Positions 11,901-21,466 of a stretch of DNA of 64,000 bases are shown in pieces. Below the pieces are notes generated by a model that saw nothing but the letters and a program-made list of their open reading frames with translations, searched no databases and had not been told where the DNA came from. Both the position numbers and the translations under genes were made by a program. Each line of letters begins with the position of its first letter. Position 1 is the first letter of the stretch. The stretch is from Salisapilia sapeloensis CBS 127946 (Eukaryota; Protista; Oomycota). The stretch is taken from NCBI GenBank assembly GCA_023334545.1, contig JAADVB010000048.1, positions 1 to 64,000 of the forward strand. The letters run 5' to 3'.

Positions 11901-13131
11901 CTTCGTACTGCGTACTATTCTGCCGTTGCTTTCGAATGTTTTCCTTGTTTTCAGCAGTAGACCCACCTGATGCACTTTCAAACCCAATGTTTCCCATGTG
12001 TAGAATGGCCGCCACAAGCTCTAATACGCTGCTGATTTCAATGTCACTCATACCCAGACGCTTCATGCCACGTCGTGTTCGAACAAATTGCTCGGCATCA
12101 TTTACGCCGTCTCGTCGAGTGTAGCAGCCTTCTGTCTCATTCAATAGGCGAAAGTCTTCGCACGGTAGATCCAACGCCCACTGCTGCATTGCATCTTGGA
12201 GTGTGGCGGCTGCAGAGGACATAGGAGGCGCGTTATGGGTAGATGGGACGACACTGCCAGCGTATCCTTGGTGCGCAGCAGCCAGTAGTTCGTAAAAGAT
12301 GTGAAAGTTACGTTCCTGCGGACTCGGTTGGACGACGCGAATCTTTTCCAATAGATACGTCCGGATCTTTGCGCCGCACAAGACACTCTCTCCATCCCTT
12401 TCACTGAATTGGAGCTCAATGAATTTACCAAAGCGACTGCTATTATCATTGCGGACGGTCCTGGCGTTTCCAAAAGCTTCTAAGATCGGATTGGACTGCA
12501 GTACTTGTGTCTCAATGGATGCTTGACTCTCCTCTTCGTCATACGTCTCAACTTCCGTCGCGACGTTTTCCACGCACGTGGCGGCGAAGAAGTTCATCAT
12601 GATTTTTGTCGCTTCCGTCTTCCCAGCACCACTTTCACCAGAGATCAGAATCGATTGACTACGATGACGATCACACATGTCCGCGTAAGCTGTGTGTGCT
12701 AGCGCGAAGAGATGTGGGTCGGATGATTTGTGCTCGTTGGTCGTGTACATTTGCATCGTTCCATGTGAGTAGATGTGTGGTAGTTCTTTGAACGGATTGA
12801 TGGAGATGAGAATGTCGCCGATGCGAGTGTAAATGTCATCCCGAGTGTACCGCTGGCGCAGAGCGTGGAGGATGGATGCTTCATGAAGGTGTGGTAATGC
12901 CACTAGGTCGGACGTCGATTGATCGGATAGGTTCTGACGAAGAACGTTGGTCCATTCACCCTTCTCATTCTTCTCAAGCGGTACGTGAGTGACATTCTCC
13001 TCATCTAATTGGAGCGAGACGCTCGTCACGTTCTCTGTAGTCGAGTCGACATGGAGGTCTTGTAAGACTCCTGGTACCCAGACAACATCCGAAGACGTGT
13101 CGAGATAGTACACGTGGGAGCCAAGTTCCAT
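8905..13131 (-). CDS. Myosin heavy chain with IQ motifs, short coiled coil and C-terminal FYVE finger (intronless, 1408 aa)
   Basis: P-loop GESGAGKTE, NSSRFGKF, LLDIFGFE, several IQ-like motifs, and WAKD...RRHHCR...RVC canonical FYVE motifs. Confidence 0.95.
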   Translation of the reverse strand: MELGSHVYYLDTSSDVVWVPGVLQDLHVDSTTENVTSVSLQLDEENVTHVPLEKNEKGEWTNVLRQNLSDQSTSDLVALPHLHEASILHALRQRYTRDDIYTRIGDILISINPFKELPHIYSHGTMQMYTTNEHKSSDPHLFALAHTAYADMCDRHRSQSILISGESGAGKTEATKIMMNFFAATCVENVATEVETYDEEESQASIETQVLQSNPILEAFGNARTVRNDNSSRFGKFIELQFSERDGESVLCGAKIRTYLLEKIRVVQPSPQERNFHIFYELLAAAHQGYAGSVVPSTHNAPPMSSAAATLQDAMQQWALDLPCEDFRLLNETEGCYTRRDGVNDAEQFVRTRRGMKRLGMSDIEISSVLELVAAILHMGNIGFESASGGSTAENKENIRKQRQNSTQYEADARVSTSLSSSVTDNGTIDHFQLTATLLHVSPDDLESALTKRQVKTVQETVDVALDVSHAQQTRNALAMEYYRLLFEWVVGRVNEKISASKHADEPFIGLLDIFGFEDMAVNSFEQLCINYANEALQNQFNRFVFAEEQKLYAAEEIGWTFVDFPDNVACLHLFEQKPVGIFSLTDQECLFPQGSDTALLTKFYSEFSAKKKHSHFIEAKQTERRSQFAIAHYAGNVTYTIDGFLAKNKDFFSESAAQLLSKSSNLLIQSMTKNNLDTDSDNEGLELRRGRSSSTITMDADSRRLARPRSQSTMEPGEVKVPVTPRKTMRRGGSSISAQSVGTQFKTQLTELLATIDATTPRYVRCIKPNDTNVSNTFQCQRVLEQLRCGGVLEAVRVARAGFPIRLTHPQFLERYARILLPDEARSEDPTELVEKCVVTLLPLVHDGQGVNVHVMETAANLGVSLGKTLVFFKRTPYERLENVRAARVGKSAVVLQKEVRMFIAYRRFQKIKQSTVKVQTIVRMVKCMRFVQRIRERLHATKIQTYVRKYLAQSRYRTFRCSVVVLQSHYRRRRAAAFVDQKRMNVATLVLQTNWKKYVARRNYVGMYSAVVTLQRQQRMAVAKKELVKLKQESKDVAKLQEDNQQLKSEMAELRKQLQQMEEVLQREGICEPERESSSEVETTDRGRSTSFMPSVKSCRRRSLPPAHTFAEDLETLERNHSIGMWEAQRHYLDARVQVLKGHLRKAAEADEPPPSQEQARVLRSLVESQIRAQTLKLQLRPDPIKINSKDLPRPDGKLSDVHEDAPVGPPPVSARRRAQTHDSYDTTIFEKEQSTSRATKLVSALLSIGRGGKQEDGIGPDLTLGDAAVASGRHRGMSDASHRSTVSSGSSSASRWAKDSECRECSTRFGWFVRRHHCRVCQHSFCSEHVVNRMLLPHLGYSDLQRVCDDCFEQQALLLEQEDGCFGSVGSGSGSVSSGDGKKIVMHGFGPIAPIHQELNSLEEG

Positions 13132-13553
13132 GCGTCTCGGCTTGAGCGAAATTCAAATTGAGCTTTTTCAATGGAAAAATCAAAGGCACGGTTTCGATTC
13201 CTCTACCGATCCTTCTCCGCTCGATTTCTCTTGCGAAACTGTTCTTCTAATGAGGAAGAGGGACGATGCCGTCCGACGATCACGCGGGTGTGAAAACACA
13301 AGCGAAGCGTCACGCGAGGATCTCGAGCCGCCCTCCGTACCTCGCTCGGCACAGACGAGGCAGAGGCTTCCAGTCGATCATCAGAATCAGACGAAAGAGC
13401 TTGAAAGAGAGCGCGAAACCACATGGCGTTACGAGCGTATCTTTTCGCTGCAAGAATCATCCCATCAGCACCTACCCGATCTTCCTACCTAAAAGGATAG
13501 TGTCTTCAGAACGAAAACAAAATATTTTATTTTCTTTCTACTGCCGACCGAGT

Positions 13554-15956
13554 CTACGAGCTCCAGGTGTTCCCTGTCGCTTCGCCACTAGCGTTGCCAC
13601 TCGACGCACTTCGGTCATACTGACGATGCTGGTACATGTTCTGCGGATGGTTGCCACTCGCGTGCGGGTTGTTCTGCGGATATCCCTGCGGCATCATTTG
13701 GTTCCAGCCGCCAGCAACCGGTTGGCCCCCGTATGACTGCCATCCGTACTGCTGATGACCATAGTTTGGGTTATCATTGCTCCGGTTCTGGTGGCCACCA
13801 TAGCTCTGGGGCGCGTTGCCTGACGGTCGACTCGCATTACTGTTCTTTCCGCCGGCATTGGCATTCGGCGGCTGTTGTCCGCCTTGCTGCGGCATATTGA
13901 TCTCGCCAAAGCCCTGTGGGTACTCGTGCTGCTGTGCCATCATCTGCTCCTGATACGGCATGTTGTTCGGGTCAAAGTTGGCCGGCATTCCGTACGGCAC
14001 GTTGCCTCGAGGAGGGTACTGCGTCCTCGGACTGTACTGCGCATATTGTGGGTTCTGGTAGTAGCCGTAGCCTTGGAAGTAGCCAGGGTAGTTGTACGGG
14101 TTGTACGCCATGGCCATGCCAGGAGGCGGCGGGGGCGCATACTGCGGTGGGTATCCATGCGGATGTGGCATCGGCATTTGATTTGGCGTCTGATTCTGCG
14201 CCGGCACTTGTGTGTTTTGCTTGTTGGGCGTATTGCTGTCCTGTTGGATCTGGAAAGCAGGTTGGGGCGAGGCCTTGGCATTCGGGATCGGAGACGCCGA
14301 GTTCATAAAATTCATCGGCGGGTATTGGCCGTACGACGGCTGGTACAGTCCAGGTTTGGCGAACTCCGAAGCGTAGTTGCTGCCACCAATGTTCGACCGG
14401 TTCTCCGGAGCCTTCATGCTTTCCGGCTTCGGGAGTGTATGTGGCGACGGTGCGGATGGCGCGTGGTACGGCGGAGGACTCTTAGCCGTCGGCTCCGTTT
14501 CTACCGACAAGCCGGGAGGAGGGGCCGATGCAGCGCTACTGGCAGAACTCGGCCTAGCGCTGTTGTCCAGGGTGGCAGCGGGGGTTGCTTCATTCGTTTC
14601 CAACGGTTGGTTCCAAGCATTCTCGGCAGGTGTCTCGGAACTCCAGTTGGCTGCCTTGGGAGACTTGGCGTCGTCATTGTTCAATGAGAAGCTACCGAAT
14701 TGGAGAGACAAGTTGGTCGAGTCGACGCTGTCCCACTTGCCCATCTTCAAGTACTGCTTGGGACTAGCCGACTGCTCTTGCGGCGGTTCAGACGACTCTG
14801 CTTCCAACGGTGTTGGGGACGTAGCAGCATTCGTGGTCGTCGGCTGGGAGTTTAAAATAGGACTTGTCGCCCATGCATTGTTAGCTGGGCTAGCTGGCGT
14901 CTCTTTCGGAGTGGCATCAGCACTTGGCCAACCACCTTGCAGACTTGGAGAAGCATCTAAAACGCCCCATCCACTTGCAACCGTCGATTCCTCTTTCTGC
15001 TGCTCTTCCTCTTCCTCTTCTTCCTCTACTTCTGCCTGAGGTTCATTCACCTCCTCGACCTTTTCACTCTCTTGCGTTTGCTCCGCAGCTTGCTGCTCTT
15101 GAGGCTTCTCAGGCTTCTCAGGCTTTTCGGGGGACTTGGGTGCCTCCGGTACAGGCTCCACTGGCGGCGTCTCGACTGCTCCTGTCAAGTTCGGACGCTT
15201 CGTCCATGCGCCTGTGAGGACTGGAGTGACCACAGGAGGTTTCTGCGTCTGTTCTTTTGGCTTTGGAGCTGACTTTGGAGTCGGCTTTGTTGCTGGACGC
15301 TTGTTCGTCTTCCGGTCGTGCACAGCGACTTCTTCGCCGCTCGTGTTCTCGCCTGCGTCCGTTGTGTTTTCTCTTGTAGGACGTCCACGACCTCTTCCGC
15401 GACCTCCTCGAGTCGAAGCAGCGGGATTGGAGCGACCTCTCGAAGAAGAAGTTCGGCCTCCACGCGTTCTGTCGTCCTCCGTCTGGTCTCGAGGCGGACG
15501 CTGGCTTCGTCCGCTAGAAGGAGGTTCCTAAGCATGTACTATGAGCTACCAGAGTATTAAAATGTCGATGTAGTGTGTGTACCTGCTTCTTTTTGTTCTT
15601 TTTGGAGACGGTAGCCCATTCGTCATGCTGCGGCTGGGTACGTGCATCCTCCCACAGCTCATTGATGGCGTTTTCAATGGCTTGAGCATCCCCTCTCGCC
15701 TTACTGAGTAGCTGGGAGATAGTTGCGTTGTCCGTTCCCGGCGGACAGAGCTCGCGGTACTTGGCGACCTAGGAGGATAGTTGACAAGATCTTTTTAGAA
15801 AACAAGATATCGAAGCGATTAAAGAAATACAAGACGTACTTCTTTGGCGGATTTGGCAGACAAACGAACTGGTTCGTCTTTGGTAGAGTTCAGCGTTTCG
15901 TCATTGAGCTGCTGCATTTGACGGCCGCGTTGGAGATGATACGCTCGTTTGCTCAT
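13554..15956 (-). CDS. UBAP2/Lingerer/Def1-like protein (N-terminal UBA/CUE-like helical domain, RGG box, LQFGSF motif, Q/N/P/Y-rich C-terminus); 2 introns
   Basis: Reconstructed 5' exons: ATG 15956 (MSKRAYHLQR...), then KYRELCPPGTDNATISQLLSKARGDAQAIENAINELWE...EWATVSKKNKK, then TRGGRGRGRGR, joined in frame to ORF 13554..15323 through GT-AG introns at ~15769-15839 and ~15528-15582. Confidence 0.7.
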
Positions 15957-15982
15957 TTTTGTGTGCTTTAACTGTTTGTGTG

Positions 15983-16676
15983 ATGCAAGTGCTCGTACGC
16001 ACTGAAGCTTGGTCTGTCTTTTGTACTAGTGGCTTTCGAACAAGATAGTGGTAAAGCGAATCGGCGGCCTTGGCGTCCGTTCGCTCCCTCGATCTCGTGC
16101 TCGGGTATCGCTGGAACTATTGGAATGTGGTGGTTTAAGAACGGAGCATTCTTAACTCCAGTCAAAATTCAGGTTGCAAGAAGGTCGTGCGTAAGATCAC
16201 AGAGATTGACTTGAAGTTTGTATGAAAGTTGAAGAGGCGGACAGAAGATATTTTTTCCACCTAGATTTTCAGAACTGTCTCGTTGACGGTTTTGTCCGTA
16301 CAATAGCTGTAGACTCTGTCTACCTATGTGCATGCATGCATGTATCAATTTATAAGATTTGTGGTCTATGTCTGCTTGGACACAAATGCGATCCACGTAT
16401 CTTTCAAGGTACTACTTTCCCAAAATCTGTCGGTCAAAGTTCCCATCTCAAGCAGGCGACAGAATCATTCGCTTTGTGCGCTGCGTTCTGGTTGCTTCGT
16501 ATGCATACATCTACTCCACATAGACTAGCTCTTTGTATATCACATTTCCGACAGACACGAAAGGAGTATCTTCTGGAGGTTACGCCCATGCTCTGTGTTT
16601 AATTTCAACGTTGAATTAATTATTTTTAGAGTGGAAGGTGGAGTATGTCGCGCATGGGAATTCTGACGACACCTAA
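15983..16676 (+). CDS. Possible small multi-exon gene (tentative, ~85-100 aa; product unknown)
   Basis: A series of plausible GT-AG introns (gtaaga, gtacta...gcag, gtatgc...gacag, gttacg...ttttag) allows open frames such as MQVLVRT...FVVYVCLDTNAIHVSFKATESFALCAAFWLLHTKGVSSGEWKVEY. The frame is ambiguous and no family was recognised. Confidence 0.25.
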
Positions 16677-18109
16677 TGATTGCTTAGATCATAGCTACAT
16701 CCATCCATCCTTTCCTGATCTAGGCGTACCTTTACGTTCTAGCTAAATACTATAGCGCGCCTTAGTCCTTTGGTTATCTCTTTGTTGCTAGAAGAACCTG
16801 GCAAACATCTAGTAGCAAAAGCTCACCCTGTAGTGCATTTCATACTGAATACTAATTGAACTTCAATTCCTTCTACTTCCCTCAATGGTCAAAGCAAATT
16901 CATATCAAGATCTTCGATACCATTTGGTCATAATGTTGGCTGAAAAGCTTCTTATCCTAAAATTCATTCGGAATTTTAAAACATCTATTGCTCGTTGGCA
17001 TTATAAAGGAAGAATCGGTGATACGTGCCTGACTGGATGAACTTCAAAAACTAGCAGTGACACTGTACCTCTGCACATACTACTTTCGCCTACAATCGGT
17101 CTACATAGAAAATGTCTTCGGCGATCGGTGCACGGCCCAGATAGTTCCGTAGCCACTATGAATGATGAGCAAAAGTGCAGTACGATTGTAAGATATGGTC
17201 TGGTAAAGTACCAGATTCTAGCTACCCTTGACAAGGTCATACTATAAAGATAACTCCGTAAATCTTGTATTATATCACCGATTTGTTTTTATGCCGCTCA
17301 TGACGCATCCTATCTCGAGTTACCACAGCAGGAAGTGAGCTTCTATAGTCAAGGATGTAAGCATTAACTAGCTATTTTCAGTCGTAAGTCTGAGCTGAGT
17401 GACTAAGGGCATTCACTATCTCGGTCAATTTTTCCCATTTTGTTTTCTGCTAAAACACACCGGCATTTGGATGAAGTGCGTGATCATTTCCAATTTGGTA
17501 GTATTGCAGGAACTACCCCGAGTTTATAGGCTCGATTAACTAGATCATTATCCAGCGTGACAGACAAGAAAGTGATTGTGTACGAGACCATAATGTCGAA
17601 TGTCATAATATGCTAGGCCATACACTGATACGCTTCCATACATTTAATTTTAATGCTACAAGATGTAACATAGCGATACTAACCATAGCTCAACAGTAAT
17701 CTCAGAGATCATATTGGAGAATATCGAGTTGAAGATTTTAAAGGATAGTCGGGATAGAAGTAAGGTTGGATTATCCTTGCAACCAAACTTACCAGTACAA
17801 GCGATGATCCATGACGGAAACCACTACTCAAAGTAAAGTATGCATGGCATAGGGACGCTTTCATCAAACAGTTGCTACCGAAATTTTCCAAGCGAAGGTC
17901 TCTACCTAGATGCGATCGATAACAAAGTTTCATTACTCTACCAAAGACACGATACTTGATCAAAGAGCTTATTATAAGCTATTGTATTGCGACATTAGCT
18001 CAAATGGCAATACCAATGTCAACGTGACAGATTGCCAAGTACTCTTGGAATAGACTCCAGCAAAAGCGTATTATGCGGCTTCGTTTTCCCCATGTATCTT
18101 TCAATTGTT

Positions 18110-18971
18110 CTATAATTCACCACATTCCGTGATGGTCACCGGCAAAGTGGGCTTGCTGTTTCCTCCAACAGGTACATTCTCCATCTTGCGCAAGAGGAGG
18201 AGAGATGCAGAATCCAAAACTTTTCCAAAGACGACGTGCTTACCATCAAGCCAGTCACATGCCGCACAGGTCAAGAAGAATTGGCATCCATTCGTGTTAG
18301 GACCGCTGTTTGCCTAGTTACATCGATCGTCTAGATTAGCCATATTGTCATTTTGGATGAAGCAAAATTGCCTACCATGGATAGCAGGCCTGGTTCAATA
18401 TGCTTGTGCACAAAATTTTCGTCCGGGAATTTATCTCCGTAGATACTAATGCGGCCAGTGCCATCGCCCTGTTCATATACATGTCAACAACTCATTATAA
18501 ACTCATTTGCAGGTACAATGCTCTTTACAAACCTTGACAAAGTCTCCTCCCTATATGGTACAACACGTAAGAATTGCACAGTGGAGATATGTACTTCTTG
18601 AGAGCTACCTGAACCATGAAATCCCGGATAATGCGATGAAAAGAGCTGCCTTTGTATCCGACAGGTAGTTCTGTTTGCCTATTAAAAAGAGTCATTGTGA
18701 TTTAGTAAAGTAGATTAAACGATAGACCATGCAGCAGTGTATTACCTGTACTCACCCGTGCACAATTGTCTACAATCGAATGAATAAAATGTCAATGCTT
18801 CGACTTCGTATGCACCAATAAAACAACATACCGGAAGTTCTCCACGGTTTTGGGGCATTCGTTCTTAAATAGCTCCATCTTTAGTCTTCCACATGGAGTT
18901 CCTCCGATCGAAATATCAAAGAATACGACCGGATTGCCCCGCTGGAACGCTTCCGCCAAGGTCGGATCCAT
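18110..18971 (-). CDS. PPIH: Cyclophilin H (U4/U6 snRNP PPIase), six exons, 182 aa; missed by ORF track
   Basis: Exons 18971-18832, 18769-18746, 18678-18609, 18550-18533, 18468-18376 and 18313-18110 splice (all GT-AG) to [24 protein letters not shown]...[16 protein letters not shown]...[34 protein letters not shown]...[17 protein letters not shown]...[12 protein letters not shown]. The NGCQFF and GDGTG..SIYG motifs are PPIH-like. Confidence 0.92.
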
Positions 18972-19102
18972 GCTAATGGGAATTTATGTGAGCGCACTCA
19001 GCCGATGCATATTCATATGGTCACCTAATATGAAGTAAAAATTGAAAAAGTCCATGCTATATGACAAACAACAAATTTGGACACGAAAAAGACTTTTTGT
19101 TA

Positions 19103-20133
19103 ATGGCCCGTAGTCGCAGTCGTTCCCGCTCTCCTGCACGGCGTAGGGAGAATCGGAGCCCTCGTCGTTCGCATAGAGACAATAAATGTGATGATGGCAG
19201 ACGCAGATCATCGCATCCATCCCGATCTCGCTCTCCATCACAGGGTAGGAAGCATTCTTCTCGGAATTCTAGACATGCCGACTGGGATAAAAAGCATAAT
19301 CGAGAGGAAGTTAGTCGTCGATCCAAGATGTGGACAACCGTCGACTCTGGTTCAGAAGATGACAGGAAACCTTCAAAGAAGAAGCGGTCACGATCACGAT
19401 CGCCCAGTTCTACCTCTAGCTCTTCTTCCAGTTCCAGCTCAGAATCGGACGACAAACGCAGCAAGAAACATCGCCGTAAAGATAAAAAGAAGTCCAAGAA
19501 GAAGAAAAGCAAAAAGACACACAAAAAGGACAAGAAGCGATCTTCTGGAGCAGTGGATCAGAACCAGTATGGCAAGTATGGAATCCTGCGTGAGTCTGAC
19601 TACCATACCAAGAGCGTCAGTTTCCAAGCCTGGCTTCGAGACATTAAAAAGGTGTATATTCGTACTTATTAGCCCCAAAATTCTGCTAAGAGTGCGTGTA
19701 GATGCCGGAGATGAATGGTTCAAAGGGCGAAATGATGGAGCTATTTCGAGAGTACATGGAAGATTATAATACTGCTACGCTACCGCACGAAAAGTATTAT
19801 GACATTGAAAAGTACGAAATGCAAAAGTATCAGAAGGAACAGCGGAAGCGACTAAAGTCCAAGCAAAAGAAGAGTTCAAAGAGTGCTGCGATTGCGGACG
19901 AACAGAAGATGCTAGCGGAAAGACAGCAAGAACGAGAGACGAAGGACAAGCAGGAATTGGCATTGACGATGCAGATGCTAGATCGAGACAAGATTGAAAG
20001 CATTCGAGAGCAAGAGAATTTGCGCGCTCAGATGCAGATGCAATACAAGGCTGGCAACGTCGATGAAGCGAGACGGATTGAAGCCATGATAAAGCGACAC
20101 GAGGAAGAGGCAAGGGCTGCCAAGCGATATTAA
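19103..20133 (+). CDS. RS/K-rich nuclear protein with conserved 'YGKYGIL...FQAWL...EDYNTATLPHEKYYD' domain (uncharacterised eukaryotic family); 1 intron
   Basis: ORFs 19061..19672 and 19702..20133 join through a GT-AG intron (~19652-19701). RS dipeptides and Lys tracts precede a conserved-looking C-terminal domain. Confidence 0.75.
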
Positions 20134-20142
20134 TTGTCCTAT

Positions 20143-21106
20143 CTACTTTTTCTCTTGTAATCCGGATAATGCAGCTTGGAGGTCTTGAAAGTCTTCGCAG
20201 TTGGATGGAGTCAGGAGTTGGTGACGAACGAAAAAAGAGAGAAGCAGTAGGCAGGCGTCAGGTTTGAACAAGTCGCTCGCATCCACCATTTTCCTGAACA
20301 CTTCCTCCGGTTCATGTAATGTAAACGACTCGACCTCTCCATCCGTATTACTCGGAATCATGTTATGAGGTAGCTCTAAGTCGTAGATGTACATGAGGTT
20401 ACGCTTTAAGCCATCATTGCTGTCTCGAACGACCGGAAGACTGTCAGTCGGTTGTAGATGATCCTTCACCCACGTTGGGTCTAGTCCTGCCTCCTCCTCT
20501 GTTTCCTTTGCCATGTTGTCGAGAGGAGAGAAGGATGCAGGTAAGCCACCTCCTACCATTGTTTCCAGCCTACCTGGCCACTTGTTGCGACTCGAACTCC
20601 GCTTGGCGATCCAAATCCCACTGATATGACCACTTGCCTGCTCTCGGACGTACCCGTTTAAATGAGTAGCTGACTGGGTCAGTCCAAAGTGGTTCCCTGC
20701 GCCACGTTCATAGTAGAACATGATATTATCGGAATCAAGCGATGTCCTGGCAGCATAAGGTTCATCTCTCCAATTCGGGAACATGCCTTCTTCCCTCATG
20801 CTTTCGAGTATCTTTCCGAATGCATCTGATCGTTTAGCAATAGTATCTAAACTTGGTTGAAAAGCAATATGATCGTCCGAGATTTCCATGACATCAGGGT
20901 ACATTTGCAATTTCTAGCTGAAAGGATAAGAGAGGACAATGAAGAGATCAATCGTCATGCTAAGATACCTTTCTCATGTATGGTAGCAAATATCCAGCCA
21001 CGAGCTGATGACCTTCATGATGCACCAATAGCGGTAGATATTTGGCCGGTGTCCATCCCTTTGCAGCCTCCACAAACCGTGCCCACTGCTCTCGGTATAA
21101 GTACAT
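20143..21106 (-). CDS. Nudix hydrolase, thiamin-pyrophosphokinase-associated/DUF4743 type (paralogue 1); 1 intron
   Basis: GMFPNWRDE, HLNGYVR, IWIAKRS...WPGRLETMVGGG, Nudix box KETEEEAGL, YDLELP, DGEVESF. The 5' exon MYLYREQWARFVEAAKGWTP starts at ATG 21106. Confidence 0.88.
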
Positions 21107-21466
21107 GGTCGACTTTACCGGTTTTGTCGCTGTCTTGATACACAGGAGACATTATAAGCCCGTGTTTGTCTGCTCTTATCAATACGCGCGTATAACCTAG
21201 TCTTTACGCTTGAATTAGTTCTTTAACTTCAAGCATACTTCTAAATCCGTCCTTTTAGTCTATGCAGACGCCAAAGTGGGACACTTCGTAATTAAGCATA
21301 GAGGCGCCAATTTCGACTCGAGTGGCAGGAACCACAAGCTATTAGCTTTACTAGCGTCTACTACCTTGCATTCTTGAAACCATTAGTGCCTCCATCTTTT
21401 ACCTGAGTAATGGCAGGTATGTTACTTGCAAGCTACTTTATCAATTTGAAAAATAGGTCGATATAG

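Noticed and set aside
13180-13215. 'ggtttcgattcc' resembling a tRNA T-loop
   Set aside because: No cloverleaf or A-box could be folded around it.
13875-15531. Several long + strand ORFs (270, 220, 131 aa)
   Set aside because: Antisense shadows of the low-complexity UBAP2-like gene, with no recognisable motifs.
17155-17260. TGATGA resembling a box C/D snoRNA start
   Set aside because: No box D (CTGA) or terminal stem at a suitable distance.
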